This document shows, one piece after another, positions 31,594 through 42,451 of a stretch of 64,000 nucleotides of DNA. Origin of the DNA: Candidatus Thorarchaeota archaeon. GTDB taxonomy: Archaea; Asgardarchaeota; Thorarchaeia; Thorarchaeales; Thorarchaeaceae. Numbering within the stretch: position 1 is the stretch's first letter; the number at the start of each line of letters is the position of its first letter. The stretch lies in contig CAVSBO010000017.1 of NCBI GenBank assembly GCA_963726195.1, positions 1-64,000 on the forward strand, given 5' to 3'. The translations under genes were made by a program, and so were the position numbers. The notes beneath the pieces were generated by a model, which was given only the letters and a program-made list of their open reading frames with translations, searched no databases and was not told where the DNA came from.

Positions 31594-32982
31594 CTACTTT
31601 TTCTCTTCCTCTTCTTCTTCCTCGCCCAACCGCTTTCCCGGTTTTAGTCGCTTGGAATCATCGTAGGACAGCCTGCCGGGCGAAGGAGTAGACAAATCAT
31701 GGCCTTGTTTGCCTTCCTTGATGCCCTGCGCCCTTTCACTGGGCCATGCCTCACCAGGAGCTGGCATTTTCTTTGCTATGTCTTTGTCCACTTTCTCGGC
31801 CTCAGGTCTCTCGCCAGTTTCTTTCATCTGTTCGAGAATCCTTTCCGTACGTCGGCCCGTGAGATAGTAGAGCGAGGAGAACATAGCCGCGAGCGGGAAT
31901 ACTGTGAGCTTGGCTATGTCTTTGAAGAGATAGGTTGTAGCGGCATTCGTTACCCAAGGGTTGCTGCCAAACCAAGTTGCGATTGTCGATGCAGGGTTTG
32001 CGGCAATCATGAGAATTGAGTCTACGAAGAAATATCCGCTCGCCATGAAGAATGTCAGCAGAGGGCCAAGGTCCCGGAGTCGGGAGCGCGATTCTTCGAC
32101 TGACTCAGTTACGGTTCTACCTATGCCGCTCATTGCATAGACCAAGAAGAAGAGCGATATCGCCACATCTTCTACGCTGAGTTCTGGCGCTTCGCGACGA
32201 ATCACGTTGAACAGGAAATAGCCTGCATACACTGCAATGAAGAGAGTGAGGAGTGCAACATTAAGTGCTGAGCCTCTCCTCGCATATCGGAAGAATGTCA
32301 AAAGCGAAACGACACCGAACAATGCCATCACAGCATAGGCCACGATGAGCCCTTGATGGTAGATCTGAAGATTATGCAAACCATTTGGAAAGATGCTGGA
32401 AATGAGAGTCCCAAGTCCGAAATAGTTGTGCGGAATGAGATAGACTGCAGCAAGTGCTTCGGCACCGAGCAAGCCAAGACCAATAAGCAATAAGATGAAA
32501 CTTCCAAGGCCGATGGCAACTCCGCCCTTCTTTGGCTCCGCAATCGTTGCCACCCTCAGGCTGGCTCTTGCAGACAGGTATGCCTGAAAGGCGATCCAGC
32601 CAAGCCATCCGAAAAGTGCGAAGAAGTAAAGCGCAGAATGCCCGAGACTAATGGATATGAACACAGCGAGAGCAAATGAAATAGCCATCCATGCTAGTCC
32701 CTTTAGCTCAGTTACTCTCCCTCGACCCCTTCTGGTAATCCAAAGTGAATCGAGGCCAACCGTACACAGGAAAGACCCTATCCCGAAATATATCGCGCCC
32801 GTTGCACCTATGTACACAAAGAAGTTGACAAGCAATATCTCCACTGGAGTTCCGACCGAGCCGCCAATCAGGGCGGCCATGAAAAGGGCAAGAAACGTCG
32901 TGGCCACGAACACAATCAGATAGGCGATGTATCGTCTTGTTTTGAAGAAGACTCCGAGACCTGAGAAGAACGGAACTGGCAA
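31594..32982 (-). CDS. Polytopic membrane protein (~10 TM) with charged tail
   Basis: Many hydrophobic helices, with GGAGG upstream of the start. Confidence 0.8.
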   Translation of the reverse strand: MPVPFFSGLGVFFKTRRYIAYLIVFVATTFLALFMAALIGGSVGTPVEILLVNFFVYIGATGAIYFGIGSFLCTVGLDSLWITRRGRGRVTELKGLAWMAISFALAVFISISLGHSALYFFALFGWLGWIAFQAYLSARASLRVATIAEPKKGGVAIGLGSFILLLIGLGLLGAEALAAVYLIPHNYFGLGTLISSIFPNGLHNLQIYHQGLIVAYAVMALFGVVSLLTFFRYARRGSALNVALLTLFIAVYAGYFLFNVIRREAPELSVEDVAISLFFLVYAMSGIGRTVTESVEESRSRLRDLGPLLTFFMASGYFFVDSILMIAANPASTIATWFGSNPWVTNAATTYLFKDIAKLTVFPLAAMFSSLYYLTGRRTERILEQMKETGERPEAEKVDKDIAKKMPAPGEAWPSERAQGIKEGKQGHDLSTPSPGRLSYDDSKRLKPGKRLGEEEEEEEKK

Positions 32983-33244
32983 GCAGCTACCTCCCTTTCA
33001 GTGAAGCACCGCCCTCCATGCATTTAAGCTTTGCACAGGCAGACAACACTAGACTTAGCGCTGCCCAAGAGACGCTCTGTGAACTGAACACTACTTACTT
33101 CCTAGACGTCATTGCCGAGAGGCCCACGTCAGGACTGTCCAGCTAGACACCGTCAGAGCAAGCCGATATGGCAGACCTACATGGCTCAGGGGCCCATCAC
33201 GTCCTAGAATTGAAGGATAGTGATAGGCCCAGCCATATTTGGAA

Positions 33245-34177
33245 CTATACTTCTTCAAACTCCGTGCCCTGAAGTGTAATCCGACGCGGGTTTGCGAGCA
33301 GGCTCAACTCATACCTTTGCTGCGTAGGTCGCGCCTTTCCTTGAATCCAAGACTTGAGACCCTTCTGAAGCCGCTCTTTAATCTCATCTCTATACTTGAT
33401 TGCGACTGAAAAGCATTGGAGCACCCTGCAGAACCATTCGTTCTCAGCAAGTGTGGCGTCATTGATTGTTACCTCGTAGTCTCCGCCAATGTCAATCACC
33501 TTGCTGTTGATTCTAGCAACCATTGTCTCTCCTGTCAGACGAAAGACATTGAAATCATCACCGACGGCTATGCGTGCTCCCTCAATCCTGAATACTTCAA
33601 ACTTCCCGTCCGGCCCGACGAGGTAGAAGGAGTAGTGTTCTGTTGCCAAGGCTCCTCGTCGACTCTGCAGGACATATGTAACTATCTCACTTTCCTTTGT
33701 AACTACCGAGAATGCAAGGAGAGGCGCCTCGGAACCAAAGCTTACCGCATATTCCTGAGCGACCATTTCCTCAATTGTCGCTAGCCAGGCACCGTTGTTA
33801 GTGAAAAACTTCAAGACCATGCGGCGATTAAGATCATTGGGTTCATCGCGCCACGTGGACTCGCGAATTACGATGAATCCTACTTTCTCCTTTTTTGGCA
33901 GCTCTTTCGCACCCTTCGCAAGCTTCGCTTCTTCTATCTTGCCAATGATCTCTGCATCCTTATTGAACTGGCGGCTCTGAGAACGCCATTGGTCATCCTG
34001 ATGTACCCCGATTTTATCGAGATGGATCCCGGTCTTGAATAGGTCTTGGCTGAAGGCCCTATAGACCGTGCTTCCGCCTCGCTTTTCTTCCTTGCCAGAC
34101 GTACCTGACATATCTGCAACCTCTGTCATTAAGTCGATGACTACTGCCCTTCTGCGCTGCCCTACGCGATATATCAC
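33245..34177 (-). CDS. Hypothetical protein with LURP-one/tubby-C-like C-terminal domain
   Basis: FRIEG...DFNV...VARINSK...YEVTI...followed by a terminal hydrophobic helix. The start is uncertain. Confidence 0.55.
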   Translation of the reverse strand: MIYRVGQRRRAVVIDLMTEVADMSGTSGKEEKRGGSTVYRAFSQDLFKTGIHLDKIGVHQDDQWRSQSRQFNKDAEIIGKIEEAKLAKGAKELPKKEKVGFIVIRESTWRDEPNDLNRRMVLKFFTNNGAWLATIEEMVAQEYAVSFGSEAPLLAFSVVTKESEIVTYVLQSRRGALATEHYSFYLVGPDGKFEVFRIEGARIAVGDDFNVFRLTGETMVARINSKVIDIGGDYEVTINDATLAENEWFCRVLQCFSVAIKYRDEIKERLQKGLKSWIQGKARPTQQRYELSLLANPRRITLQGTEFEEV

Positions 34178-34316
34178 CCTACCTTGGATGAATCTGGAAC
34201 TGAGGATTCACCAGCTAAGAGTGAGCTGTCCGGTTTCGGGGAGAGAGCACGGCGTGTTTTTCCTCGCGAAATCGCACTACTCCTTGTATGTCCTCAAGAA
34301 GAAACAGAGAAGCTGA

Positions 34317-34748
34317 TTGCGCATGAGTAAAACGATCGGTGTCGGCGTATTCATCGCCTTCGCGTTGACTGTGATTCTGCCTATGGTGGCTGTCATTATA
34401 GTCATGGGAAGCTTCGGAGTGGCTGAATATGTCCTTCCGATTCTCATCCCAAGCTTTCTCTCGATGATATTGATTGTTTGTTTTGCAGGGATAGCGGTGT
34501 TCGCGGGTTCGCGGATGGTGAATAGGGCACGGTACCTGACGAGTGATGGCACAGTGACTTCACCTCAAGGACAGATTCCCGACGGTTTGCCTGAGTTCTC
34601 GGTTCCTCACCAAAAACGATTCTTCATGATTCCCGTGTACTGCCCGCATTGCGGCAACGCACTGGACCTTCAACGAGTCGGTTGGTCCACTTCAAAAACC
34701 TTGACCTGCCCGGACTGCGACCACGAGATAGACGTCAAAATGATGTGA
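34317..34748 (+). CDS. 2-TM protein with C-terminal zinc ribbon
   Basis: Two TM segments, CPHCG...CPDCD. Confidence 0.75.
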   Translation: MRMSKTIGVGVFIAFALTVILPMVAVIIVMGSFGVAEYVLPILIPSFLSMILIVCFAGIAVFAGSRMVNRARYLTSDGTVTSPQGQIPDGLPEFSVPHQKRFFMIPVYCPHCGNALDLQRVGWSTSKTLTCPDCDHEIDVKMM

Positions 34749-35248
34749 GAGCCCGCAGGCCGACCTCAGTACGAGCAGACGGTCGCATCGGGGCTCTCAT
34801 CTGGAGAAGTAGGTAAGCGCGACGGCCTCGGTTGAAATTCTCTGACGCTTCACGTTTGTCTTTCGCTCAGAGCTCAGATTCTTGGTCTCGGCCATCAGAT
34901 TCACCTTACGACAGTGGCAAAGGCGTATGCGAGTGCATCGGTGGATTGCGACTTGATCAGCTTTCTGTTCTTCGTCACAGACATGTTTCGGGTATTGCTT
35001 TCGTGTGCCATGTTATTTCACGAGTAATGCCACTCAGGTTCAGTATATAACGCGAAGCCACGTTCTAGGGTCACTGCAGAGAGTCACTTGTTGTTACTTG
35101 GTTGGGGAGTATGACTCCTGCGAAGACCACGAGGACGTATGTTCAGCTCCTTTCTGGACTGCCATGGATCCTGCAACTCCGGGACCGCATTCCTACGCTC
35201 TATTGATGAACGACCCCGTACATATCGTTTAAGAGCAAAAGCTTCGTG

Positions 35249-35738
35249 ATGGCTCACGGCATGATAGCGACTACCATTCGTGGTTTGGACATCGATGTGC
35301 TTCTTGACTCACTGTCCGAGAGATACTCGACAGCGCTGAAGAGAATCTGGCGCAGTCAGAATCAAGTCAACGCCGTCTTCGTGAGAGATGAACTCGTGCT
35401 TCGGACCATGTCAGAGCAGGCAGTAGTAGCCGTCGTGGAACACGACATCACTGCCAATGTCTGCAAAGTCCAGTGCATGGCATTGGCCGGTGGGTCTGGA
35501 CTCCTCAGAATAAGTTGGGGGGTCCCACGACGCAGCTGAATCAACGTTCCGAGATCTCATAAAAGGGCTCGCGCTCAAGCATGGCTGGCAATGTGAAATC
35601 ATTCCCATCGAACTCGCGTTCAGGGGAGTGAAGTGTCCCACATGTGGAGGTATATACTCCTACCCCAAGGAGAAGGTTCTCAAGGATGGCAGCGCTAGAT
35701 GTCAGAACTGCGACATGCCATTCAACCCAGCCAGCTAG
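35249..35738 (+). CDS. DUF6054-like domain plus zinc ribbon; indel at G-run ~35517-35522
   Basis: LAGGSGLLRISWG continues SHDAAESTFRDL...CPTCGG...CQNCD...PAS* in the next frame. Confidence 0.6.
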
Positions 35739-35848
35739 GGAATAGCTGAGGATTCCGAGCCAGATGTGCATTCCTTTCCATCGGCGCTCAGGTATAATAG
35801 AGCGTTGGTGAACTGGCAAGACGAGAGTCCCTACTGACATAGAATGAG

Positions 35849-37096
35849 GTGCCAGACTTGAAGGGCATAATGTACAATCTCAGAATACGCAAAGTGATTC
35901 TGAAGAAAGCCGGTCTCAGCCGCAAGCTCTCCATGATCAAGTATCGAGAGGATTGGCCCGTCCCGGAGATTGAGCATCCCACTCAAATCAAGGTCAAAAC
36001 CCGCATCGCAGGTATTTGCACATCGGACCTGCACCAGATCAATGTCAATCTTCCATACTCGGCAAGCATCCTTGCAAGACGGGAGAACCCCTTTCCGTTC
36101 GGTCATGAAGCAGTGGCGGATGTTGTGGAGGTCGGAAGCAAGGTTACTGATATCAAGGTCGGCGACAGAGTCACCCATTCGCCTGTTGCTCCTTGTGAGG
36201 CATACGGTTTTGCTCTGTGCCCGAGTTGCAGCAATGGTCACTATGAGACCTGCCTCACACTCGCTGGGATAGGTGATGGATCTGACGTCGAGAATGAATA
36301 CGGAGGCAGAGGGCACTTTGGCGGTTTTAGCGGAGGAGGCTTCAGCGAGTACTTCGTTGGATTCGCCAAGCAATTTACGAAGGTTCCGCCCTCACTGCCT
36401 GATGAGATTGCCGTCCTAGCTGAGCCTCTTGCTGTGAGTTTGCATGCCGTTGCTAGGAACCTGCCTGATGACAATGACAGAGTCGTAGTTATTGGAGGGG
36501 GCATCATCGGTCTCATGGCGGTGGCTTCCCTGCGCGCGCTGGGATCGAAATGCACGACAATCGCTATTGCCAAGTACAAGTTTCAGGCAGAGGCTGCGAA
36601 GAAACTTGGTGCAGACAAAGTCATATCTGAGCGTTCACGAGACCGCCTCTACGAGGGAATAGCGAAGGAGACGGGTGGAGCGCTATTCAAACCGAAGAGG
36701 GGCAGGCTGATCCTATATGGTGACGCCGGTCCCGATGTCATATTCGATGCAGTGGGCACTGACTCAAGCTTGGACGACGCTTTGCATATGGTAAGAAGCA
36801 ATGGCAGGATAGTGATTGTTGGAATGGGCTTCGGGACGACGAAGAAGACAGATTGGGCTCTGCAAGTGTACAAGCAGCTCACCATCAGAGGGTCAATGAT
36901 GCACGGCATCGAGGACATCAATGGAAAGAGGACTGAGACGATGGGACTAGCACTCAGCATCATGGAAGAGAATCAGGATGCATTCAGAGATCTCGTTACG
37001 CACAAATTCAAGATTGATGATTTCAAGTCCGCATTCAAGTGTAGCGAACAAAAGGCCAAGGGAAATGAAGTCAAGGTTGCTTTCGACTTCCGGTAG
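35849..37096 (+). CDS. Zn-dependent alcohol dehydrogenase (MDR family)
   Basis: GICTSD, GHE, structural Cys cluster, EPLAV, GGGIIG. Confidence 0.92.
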   Translation: MPDLKGIMYNLRIRKVILKKAGLSRKLSMIKYREDWPVPEIEHPTQIKVKTRIAGICTSDLHQINVNLPYSASILARRENPFPFGHEAVADVVEVGSKVTDIKVGDRVTHSPVAPCEAYGFALCPSCSNGHYETCLTLAGIGDGSDVENEYGGRGHFGGFSGGGFSEYFVGFAKQFTKVPPSLPDEIAVLAEPLAVSLHAVARNLPDDNDRVVVIGGGIIGLMAVASLRALGSKCTTIAIAKYKFQAEAAKKLGADKVISERSRDRLYEGIAKETGGALFKPKRGRLILYGDAGPDVIFDAVGTDSSLDDALHMVRSNGRIVIVGMGFGTTKKTDWALQVYKQLTIRGSMMHGIEDINGKRTETMGLALSIMEENQDAFRDLVTHKFKIDDFKSAFKCSEQKAKGNEVKVAFDFR

Positions 37097-37244
37097 ACCC
37101 TGTTTGTCGGCAGTCGGACACTGACCTCGATCACCTTTTGTCGGGACCCTCTTCGGAGCACTCGAATCCTTCGAAAAGCCTGTGTGCGCGATCAGAAACA
37201 GGGTTAGACAGTAGCGATGGGTAAGGCTCATTGTGTTTCGGGCT

Positions 37245-38440
37245 TCATCTACATACTGTAACACCACAGAAGGGACACTTGCACTGCTTTCCGTCTCGAA
37301 TCAAGCTCACAGCCTGATCTGGCAATTCACCACCGCACATAGGGCAGAGATAGGCGGTCAGGTTCTGAGACATTTCGTCAATCGCAGGCATTATCATTGC
37401 TTCATCCTCGCCTGACATCCTCACTGTGCACGTAACTCCCTTCACTCCCGGTTTGCCAGTTATGGTCAGCTCAACGCCGAGATTCTTCTGTGTGTACTTT
37501 CCACGTGCCCAACCATTGATGATTAGCTCGACGTGCTCATCAGACGTCGTATGACTGCTGGTCACATGAGAGAAATTCAACTTCTCAAACACCTGCAGGG
37601 TCTTTGAGCGCATCTCTTCAGGAGTCCAGTCCTGGACCTTGAATGTCATCTCTTCGTGATTGAAGTCTGATAGTCTGAGTTCAAACTCGTCGGGTGTGAT
37701 GACTTCAGGCATAAGAAGATCGCAGACGGCCCTCACGGAAAATGGTTCAGTCATAGCTGAGGTGCGGCTTTCCTTCGTCGTCAACATAGGATACGCTGGC
37801 AACGATGGCTCCTTTGATGCAGTCTTTGCTTGGAAGGAAATCAAAAGTGGGACTTACGAAACCGCTAGGATCAATCTTCGCAATAACCTTCACTGGGGGC
37901 CCCTCAAGTGTCAGAGCGTCGCGCGGGTAACTCACCAGACTGACAGTGACATCCGTAACTACGTATTTGGACCTGTTCAGTACCTTAACCTTGAACTTCA
38001 ACCTGTTGCCAACAAACTCGCCACCCCGAAGAATATCCACCGGTTCAGTCGGCTGAATTGGAAGAAAGGTGGTCTCTGACTCCATCGCACTAGCACCTAT
38101 GTTGACAGCGGCTGCCATAGAGTCAATCAACGGATGGCGTTCCGGATCGAGACTCTCCACCATGGCTCCTATGAGTAGAATCAACACGGTAGCCCAGATT
38201 GGTGCTGACATCAAGCCTGTGATCGGGTTTGCCATGATGATCACAGGTAGTGCAAGGAGAAAACCACGCAACCGACGCGGTTACCATCAGATTCTTGACG
38301 AATGCCCTCCTCTTGCACGTTCTTTTCCACCGCTGCGAAATATCAGCAAATCCACTTTTAGACTCCCTGTGAGCCCTCAATTCGGCCAGAGGCGACGACC
38401 AGAAGGAATACTGACACAACTCCCCGAATAGTATCGCGAG
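37245..38440 (-). CDS. Membrane protein with adaptin/COP appendage-like domain and C-terminal zinc ribbon (indels near 37770 and 38270)
   Basis: TM segments, a beta-sandwich (FKVKVLNRS..VVTDVTV...SVSYVD), LMPEVITPDEF linker and platform, CPMC...CPFC. The 5' end is approximate. Confidence 0.55.
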
Positions 38441-38661
38441 TAACGGCGTGCATTCACTCTTACATCGAGCGCACAATGAAAGGTGTGGCCGGAGCCTGCA
38501 GGGTAAATCGTGGTAGGAGGGGGGAGTTTCGTAAATGAGGGCATGTAACGAAAACTAGCCCTGCAGACCAACCGACCACAATACTATATCGAGTTCTGGT
38601 TCGATATAAACCAGCTCATTGTTCCAAAGCGATACACACGAACGGCACAAAAGCTCTTTAT

Positions 38662-39171
38662 GTGACAGGCCAGTCGTGCAACCAATTGAGCCGGTCATTG
38701 CCATATCAATCATCGAGATTGGCAGCCCGGCAAGATATCACGCGGGGTGTATGTTTGGACGCAAGCAGATGCGACCCACTAGGAAGTCTGACGACAATCT
38801 ATGGATTCTTCTTCATCTTCATGGCGACAGCGATTGCAGCAGCCCCTGTTCTGAAATCGACACTCGCTACGGAAGATGCAGTCATGTTCTATCTAATCGC
38901 AGTAGTACTGGGACTGGCCATTGCTCTCGTAGGCACGGAGATACTCGTACGTGCTAATGAGTGTCACGTGTACCGAATGGGACTCATCGGAACGACACTC
39001 TTAGGAATGTTTGTGCCGATTGCGTTCGTGTTTGGGGTTGGCAGGGGATTGATTCCCAACGCGTATTGGCTTGGATTGAACCTCTCGTACGCAGGCTCTC
39101 TTTGTGTTTCCGTAATTGTCGTCTTTATGTATCTCGGAGTACTAGCGCGGACCTTTCTCTCCAGAAGATGA
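38662..39171 (+). CDS. Hypothetical membrane protein (4 TM)
   Basis: Four hydrophobic helices. Confidence 0.55.
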   Translation: MTGQSCNQLSRSLPYQSSRLAARQDITRGVCLDASRCDPLGSLTTIYGFFFIFMATAIAAAPVLKSTLATEDAVMFYLIAVVLGLAIALVGTEILVRANECHVYRMGLIGTTLLGMFVPIAFVFGVGRGLIPNAYWLGLNLSYAGSLCVSVIVVFMYLGVLARTFLSRR

Positions 39172-39229
39172 ATCGCTGGCCAACTCTCAGCTGTTGGCAA
39201 GAAATACTGAAGCCTCTCAAGAGAACGAT

Positions 39230-39802
39230 TCATGTTGGATTCTCTTTGGAGCTGCTCTCCAAGGCGTTGATGTACTCTGAAACACTCAACGGGTCGGTAT
39301 TGTAAGCTCGTTCTAGAGCGGCTCTGCACTGAATGCCATCTCCGAGTTCTGAATAGACCGATGCCAAATCGAGCCAAGCGTCTGTGTGTTCAGGATCAAG
39401 TTCGACTGCCCTGAGAAGAGCCCTCACTGCAGCATGGTACCTTCCTTGCGTCTTGAAGACGCCTCCGAGATTTGTCCAGAGGGCTGCGTCATCTCTCTCG
39501 AGCTTTATTGCCCGTCTGTACGCTGCTTCCGCCTTGCGCCACATTTGGAGCCTCCCCATCAGGTTGCCGAGCAAAAACCATCCTAGGTAACAGTCACCCA
39601 CTTCCGACACGACAGCCTCGAACGCATCTACGATTTCCCCCTTGGGTCCAGTTCTGAGGGCCAAGCTGGCGAGCTTCAGCCAGGCCCACCCATCCTTGGG
39701 AGTAGACTCCACGATACGAATCTGGTCTGCAAAGATTCTATCGACACACTCACGCAGTTCAGCATCTGCGCTTGGAAGGAGCTGATTAACATCAGTACTC
39801 AT
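39230..39802 (-). CDS. Tetratricopeptide repeat protein
   Basis: AEAAYRRAIKLERDDAALWTNLG, RAVELDPEHTDAWLDLA. Confidence 0.85.
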   Translation of the reverse strand: MSTDVNQLLPSADAELRECVDRIFADQIRIVESTPKDGWAWLKLASLALRTGPKGEIVDAFEAVVSEVGDCYLGWFLLGNLMGRLQMWRKAEAAYRRAIKLERDDAALWTNLGGVFKTQGRYHAAVRALLRAVELDPEHTDAWLDLASVYSELGDGIQCRAALERAYNTDPLSVSEYINALESSSKENPT

Positions 39803-39828
39803 TCGTAAGTCACTTCCTCGGACAAGAT

Positions 39829-40056
39829 TCAATCTGTCACCGTCGATGAAAGACTCGACTGGTTGTCCCCATTGGAAACCGACTTCTGGCAGGAGGAATC
39901 CTCCTGCATCTTTTGTGCTCGCAAGGCCAAGGCCCTGATTGCCACTGTGGTCGCCGTCTCAAAAGGACTTGAGTCTGCGAATGCTATCACAGCAGCAGCC
40001 CTTCCTACGTCCAAGCTTGGTTTTTGGGATTTAGAATTGACCGACATTCGTGCCAA
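39829..40056 (-). CDS. Small hypothetical protein
   Basis: 75-aa ORF with GAGGT at its start, adjacent to the TPR gene. Confidence 0.4.
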   Translation of the reverse strand: MARMSVNSKSQKPSLDVGRAAAVIAFADSSPFETATTVAIRALALRAQKMQEDSSCQKSVSNGDNQSSLSSTVTD

Positions 40057-40381
40057 CCTCGAATCGACAACAGGCGGGCGGCTTTGTGCACACCACCCGG
40101 CTGCAGGCTTAGCCCACGGATGCTTACATCCGCAGCACGCCCGCCTTCATGTTTGGATACTCTCTGCGGGTATCTATTACCCTTTCGAACAATCAGCATA
40201 AAGAGCCATATTGCTTGTTGGGAACAGTAGGTTATCTTTAAACCTCCAAAACGGCAAAACGAATCGAAGGACCTCAATGATGACTCTTTTTCCCGTCATA
40301 ATCCTATGTTGACGCCTCCATTACGGGAAAAATGGGTTTTCAAAGACAGATTTGATAATCTGGAACTACCTCATTGCGAAC

Positions 40382-40425
40382 AAAAAAAGAGGTGCGACCC
40401 GCACGCTGTCTGCATGCGGGTACAC
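40382..40425 (-). terminator. Putative terminator of the PadR-ABC operon
   Basis: ACCCGCA/TGCGGGT stem followed by T7 on the minus strand, just after the permease stop. Confidence 0.6.
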
Positions 40426-40431
40426 ATACGA

Positions 40432-41730
40432 TTACTCATATCTGAGCGCATCGACCGGCATGAGTCTTGATGCACGCCAAGCCGGATAGAGACCAAACAC
40501 GACGCTGACAACAATGCCAAACGTGAGAGACATCATGATCAGATAGGGCGTCAACACTGGCTTGATAGCCGAGAATGCCGAAGCAGCTGACGAGCCCCCG
40601 AACGTGTTACCACCAAAGCTCGAGAACCCTCCACCTCCGGCAAGGCCTATTGAAATGAGGTTGGCAATGAGACTGCCAAGCGCTATGCCGACAGTTGCAC
40701 CAATAATTCCCACAATGAGAGACTCTCCTAGGAAGATTGCCATAACGGTTCGGCCTTTCGCCCCCAGCGCTTTCAAGATTCCTATCTCACGAGTTCTCTC
40801 CATCAGAGACACTATCATGATGTTCATGATACCTATCCCAGCAACAAGCAGAGATATGCCCGCGATGCCCCCTAACAGAACGCTCACAAGCCCCAGGATG
40901 CTTGAGATGGTGGAAAGCAGTGCGGTGGGCGAAGTCACGCTGACCTCGTTGCTGTAGAGTGTCTCTATTTCCTTCGTGACTGCGTCTATGGTGGATGAGT
41001 CACTGCCTGTCAGCTTGACGATTATCTGGTTAGCCACACTGGTGGTAAAGAAATCACTTGCCGTGTCAATCGGGATGTATACCCCGCTGTCCATAGGACC
41101 CATTCCGAATCCGCCAATCTCTCCGAGTATTCCCACGACTTCCATCGTCCGGTTGAGTTGAACCAACTTCGTCCCGTTTCTGACGTTGTAAGACAGGACA
41201 ACAGCATCTCCGACATTTAGCAGAATGGTGCCATTCTTGTAGGGATCATGAAGTGAGTATCCGACGACGACGGAATCGTTGCTCGGCTTGTCTGGTATCT
41301 GACCATACTCTGCAGAGAATGTTGAGTAAATGCTCTTGTATGTCGTAAAGTTGATTCCCGTGACACTAAGCGTAGTCGTCCAGTTACCCTTCACGACACT
41401 GCACCCCTTCGTGATCGTTGCTGCCGATGTCTGTACAGAGGTTAGGTTGTCAATGAGCGTAGTGTCGTTCGTATACAGCGAAAAGTCGCTGGAGGAACCG
41501 CCACCAAAGAGACCCGCTAGTCCTCCTGACCGAGTAGAGACTAACAGCGTGTCTGTGGCAAAGCCCTTCTCAAACTGAGAGTTAAGTGCCACCTGAAAGC
41601 CTTGTGTGAAAGACATCAACGCCACGATGGCAGCTATGCCAATGACGATTCCCAAAGTAGTCAGTCCGGCCCTGAGTTTTCGAAGCCGTATCGCGCCGAA
41701 GGCATATGAGAATGTGTCGCGCGTCTTCAC
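40432..41730 (-). CDS. ABC transporter permease (MacB/FtsX family)
   Basis: LTTLGIVIGIAAIV, GIMNIMIVSLMERTREIGILKALGA, YPAWRASRL.PVDALRYE. Confidence 0.93.
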   Translation of the reverse strand: MKTRDTFSYAFGAIRLRKLRAGLTTLGIVIGIAAIVALMSFTQGFQVALNSQFEKGFATDTLLVSTRSGGLAGLFGGGSSSDFSLYTNDTTLIDNLTSVQTSAATITKGCSVVKGNWTTTLSVTGINFTTYKSIYSTFSAEYGQIPDKPSNDSVVVGYSLHDPYKNGTILLNVGDAVVLSYNVRNGTKLVQLNRTMEVVGILGEIGGFGMGPMDSGVYIPIDTASDFFTTSVANQIIVKLTGSDSSTIDAVTKEIETLYSNEVSVTSPTALLSTISSILGLVSVLLGGIAGISLLVAGIGIMNIMIVSLMERTREIGILKALGAKGRTVMAIFLGESLIVGIIGATVGIALGSLIANLISIGLAGGGGFSSFGGNTFGGSSAASAFSAIKPVLTPYLIMMSLTFGIVVSVVFGLYPAWRASRLMPVDALRYE

Positions 41731-42419
41731 TTAGTTCACCTCATCGGAAACGATCGTGCCATCCCTCATTCTCAATATGCGGCGCGTCCGTCCTGCGACT
41801 TCAGAGTCATGTGTCACTGTAATAACCGTCACCTGCTTCTCGTTGTTGAGCTTTGCAACAAGGTCCATCATTTCCTGAGCTGTCTTGCTGTCCAAGTTTC
41901 CAGTTGGTTCATCCATCAGCAAGAACGAGGGTTCTGTCACGAGTGCTCTCGCAACTGCAACTCTTTGGCGTTCACCGCCGCTAGCTCTGCAGATTTGTGG
42001 GTCATTCTGTCTCCAAGACCAACGCTCTCGAGCGCGTTCTCAGCACGAACCTTCCTTTCTTTCCGGGAGACTCCGGCTATGGCGAGCGGGAGTTCCACGT
42101 TGGCTTTTGCATTCAACCTTGGGATCAGGTTGAAAAACTGAAACACGAAGCCCACGTTTCTCCGCACTTCTGCGAGCTTGTTATCGGAGAGCTTCGAGAC
42201 ATCAACACCGTCAACGAAGATTGTGCCGCCTGTCGGGCGATCTAGTGCGCCAATCATGTTGAGCAGTGTTGATTTACCGCTTCCTGACGGACCCAAGACT
42301 GAGACAAGCTCGCCTTCCGTCACCGCGAAGCTTACTCCTCTCAAAGCCTCAACCGGAACTGAGCCCATCATGTAGGTCTTCGTCAGGTTTTCCAATTCTA
42401 GTACTGTTTTCAAAATCAA
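41731..42419 (-). CDS. ABC transporter ATP-binding protein (LolD/MacB type); indel near 41985
   Basis: GPSGSGKST, VGFVFQFFNLIP, DEPTGNLDS, VTHD. Confidence 0.92.
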
Positions 42420-42451
42420 CGTACCTCCACTTTGGGAACGAGAACGAGATG

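Noticed and set aside
38510-38535. GAAACTCCCCCCTCC (minus strand) resembling the RNase P RNA P4 5' motif
   Set aside because: It lacks the preceding GAG and there is no matching 3' P4 half downstream, where the sequence appears coding.
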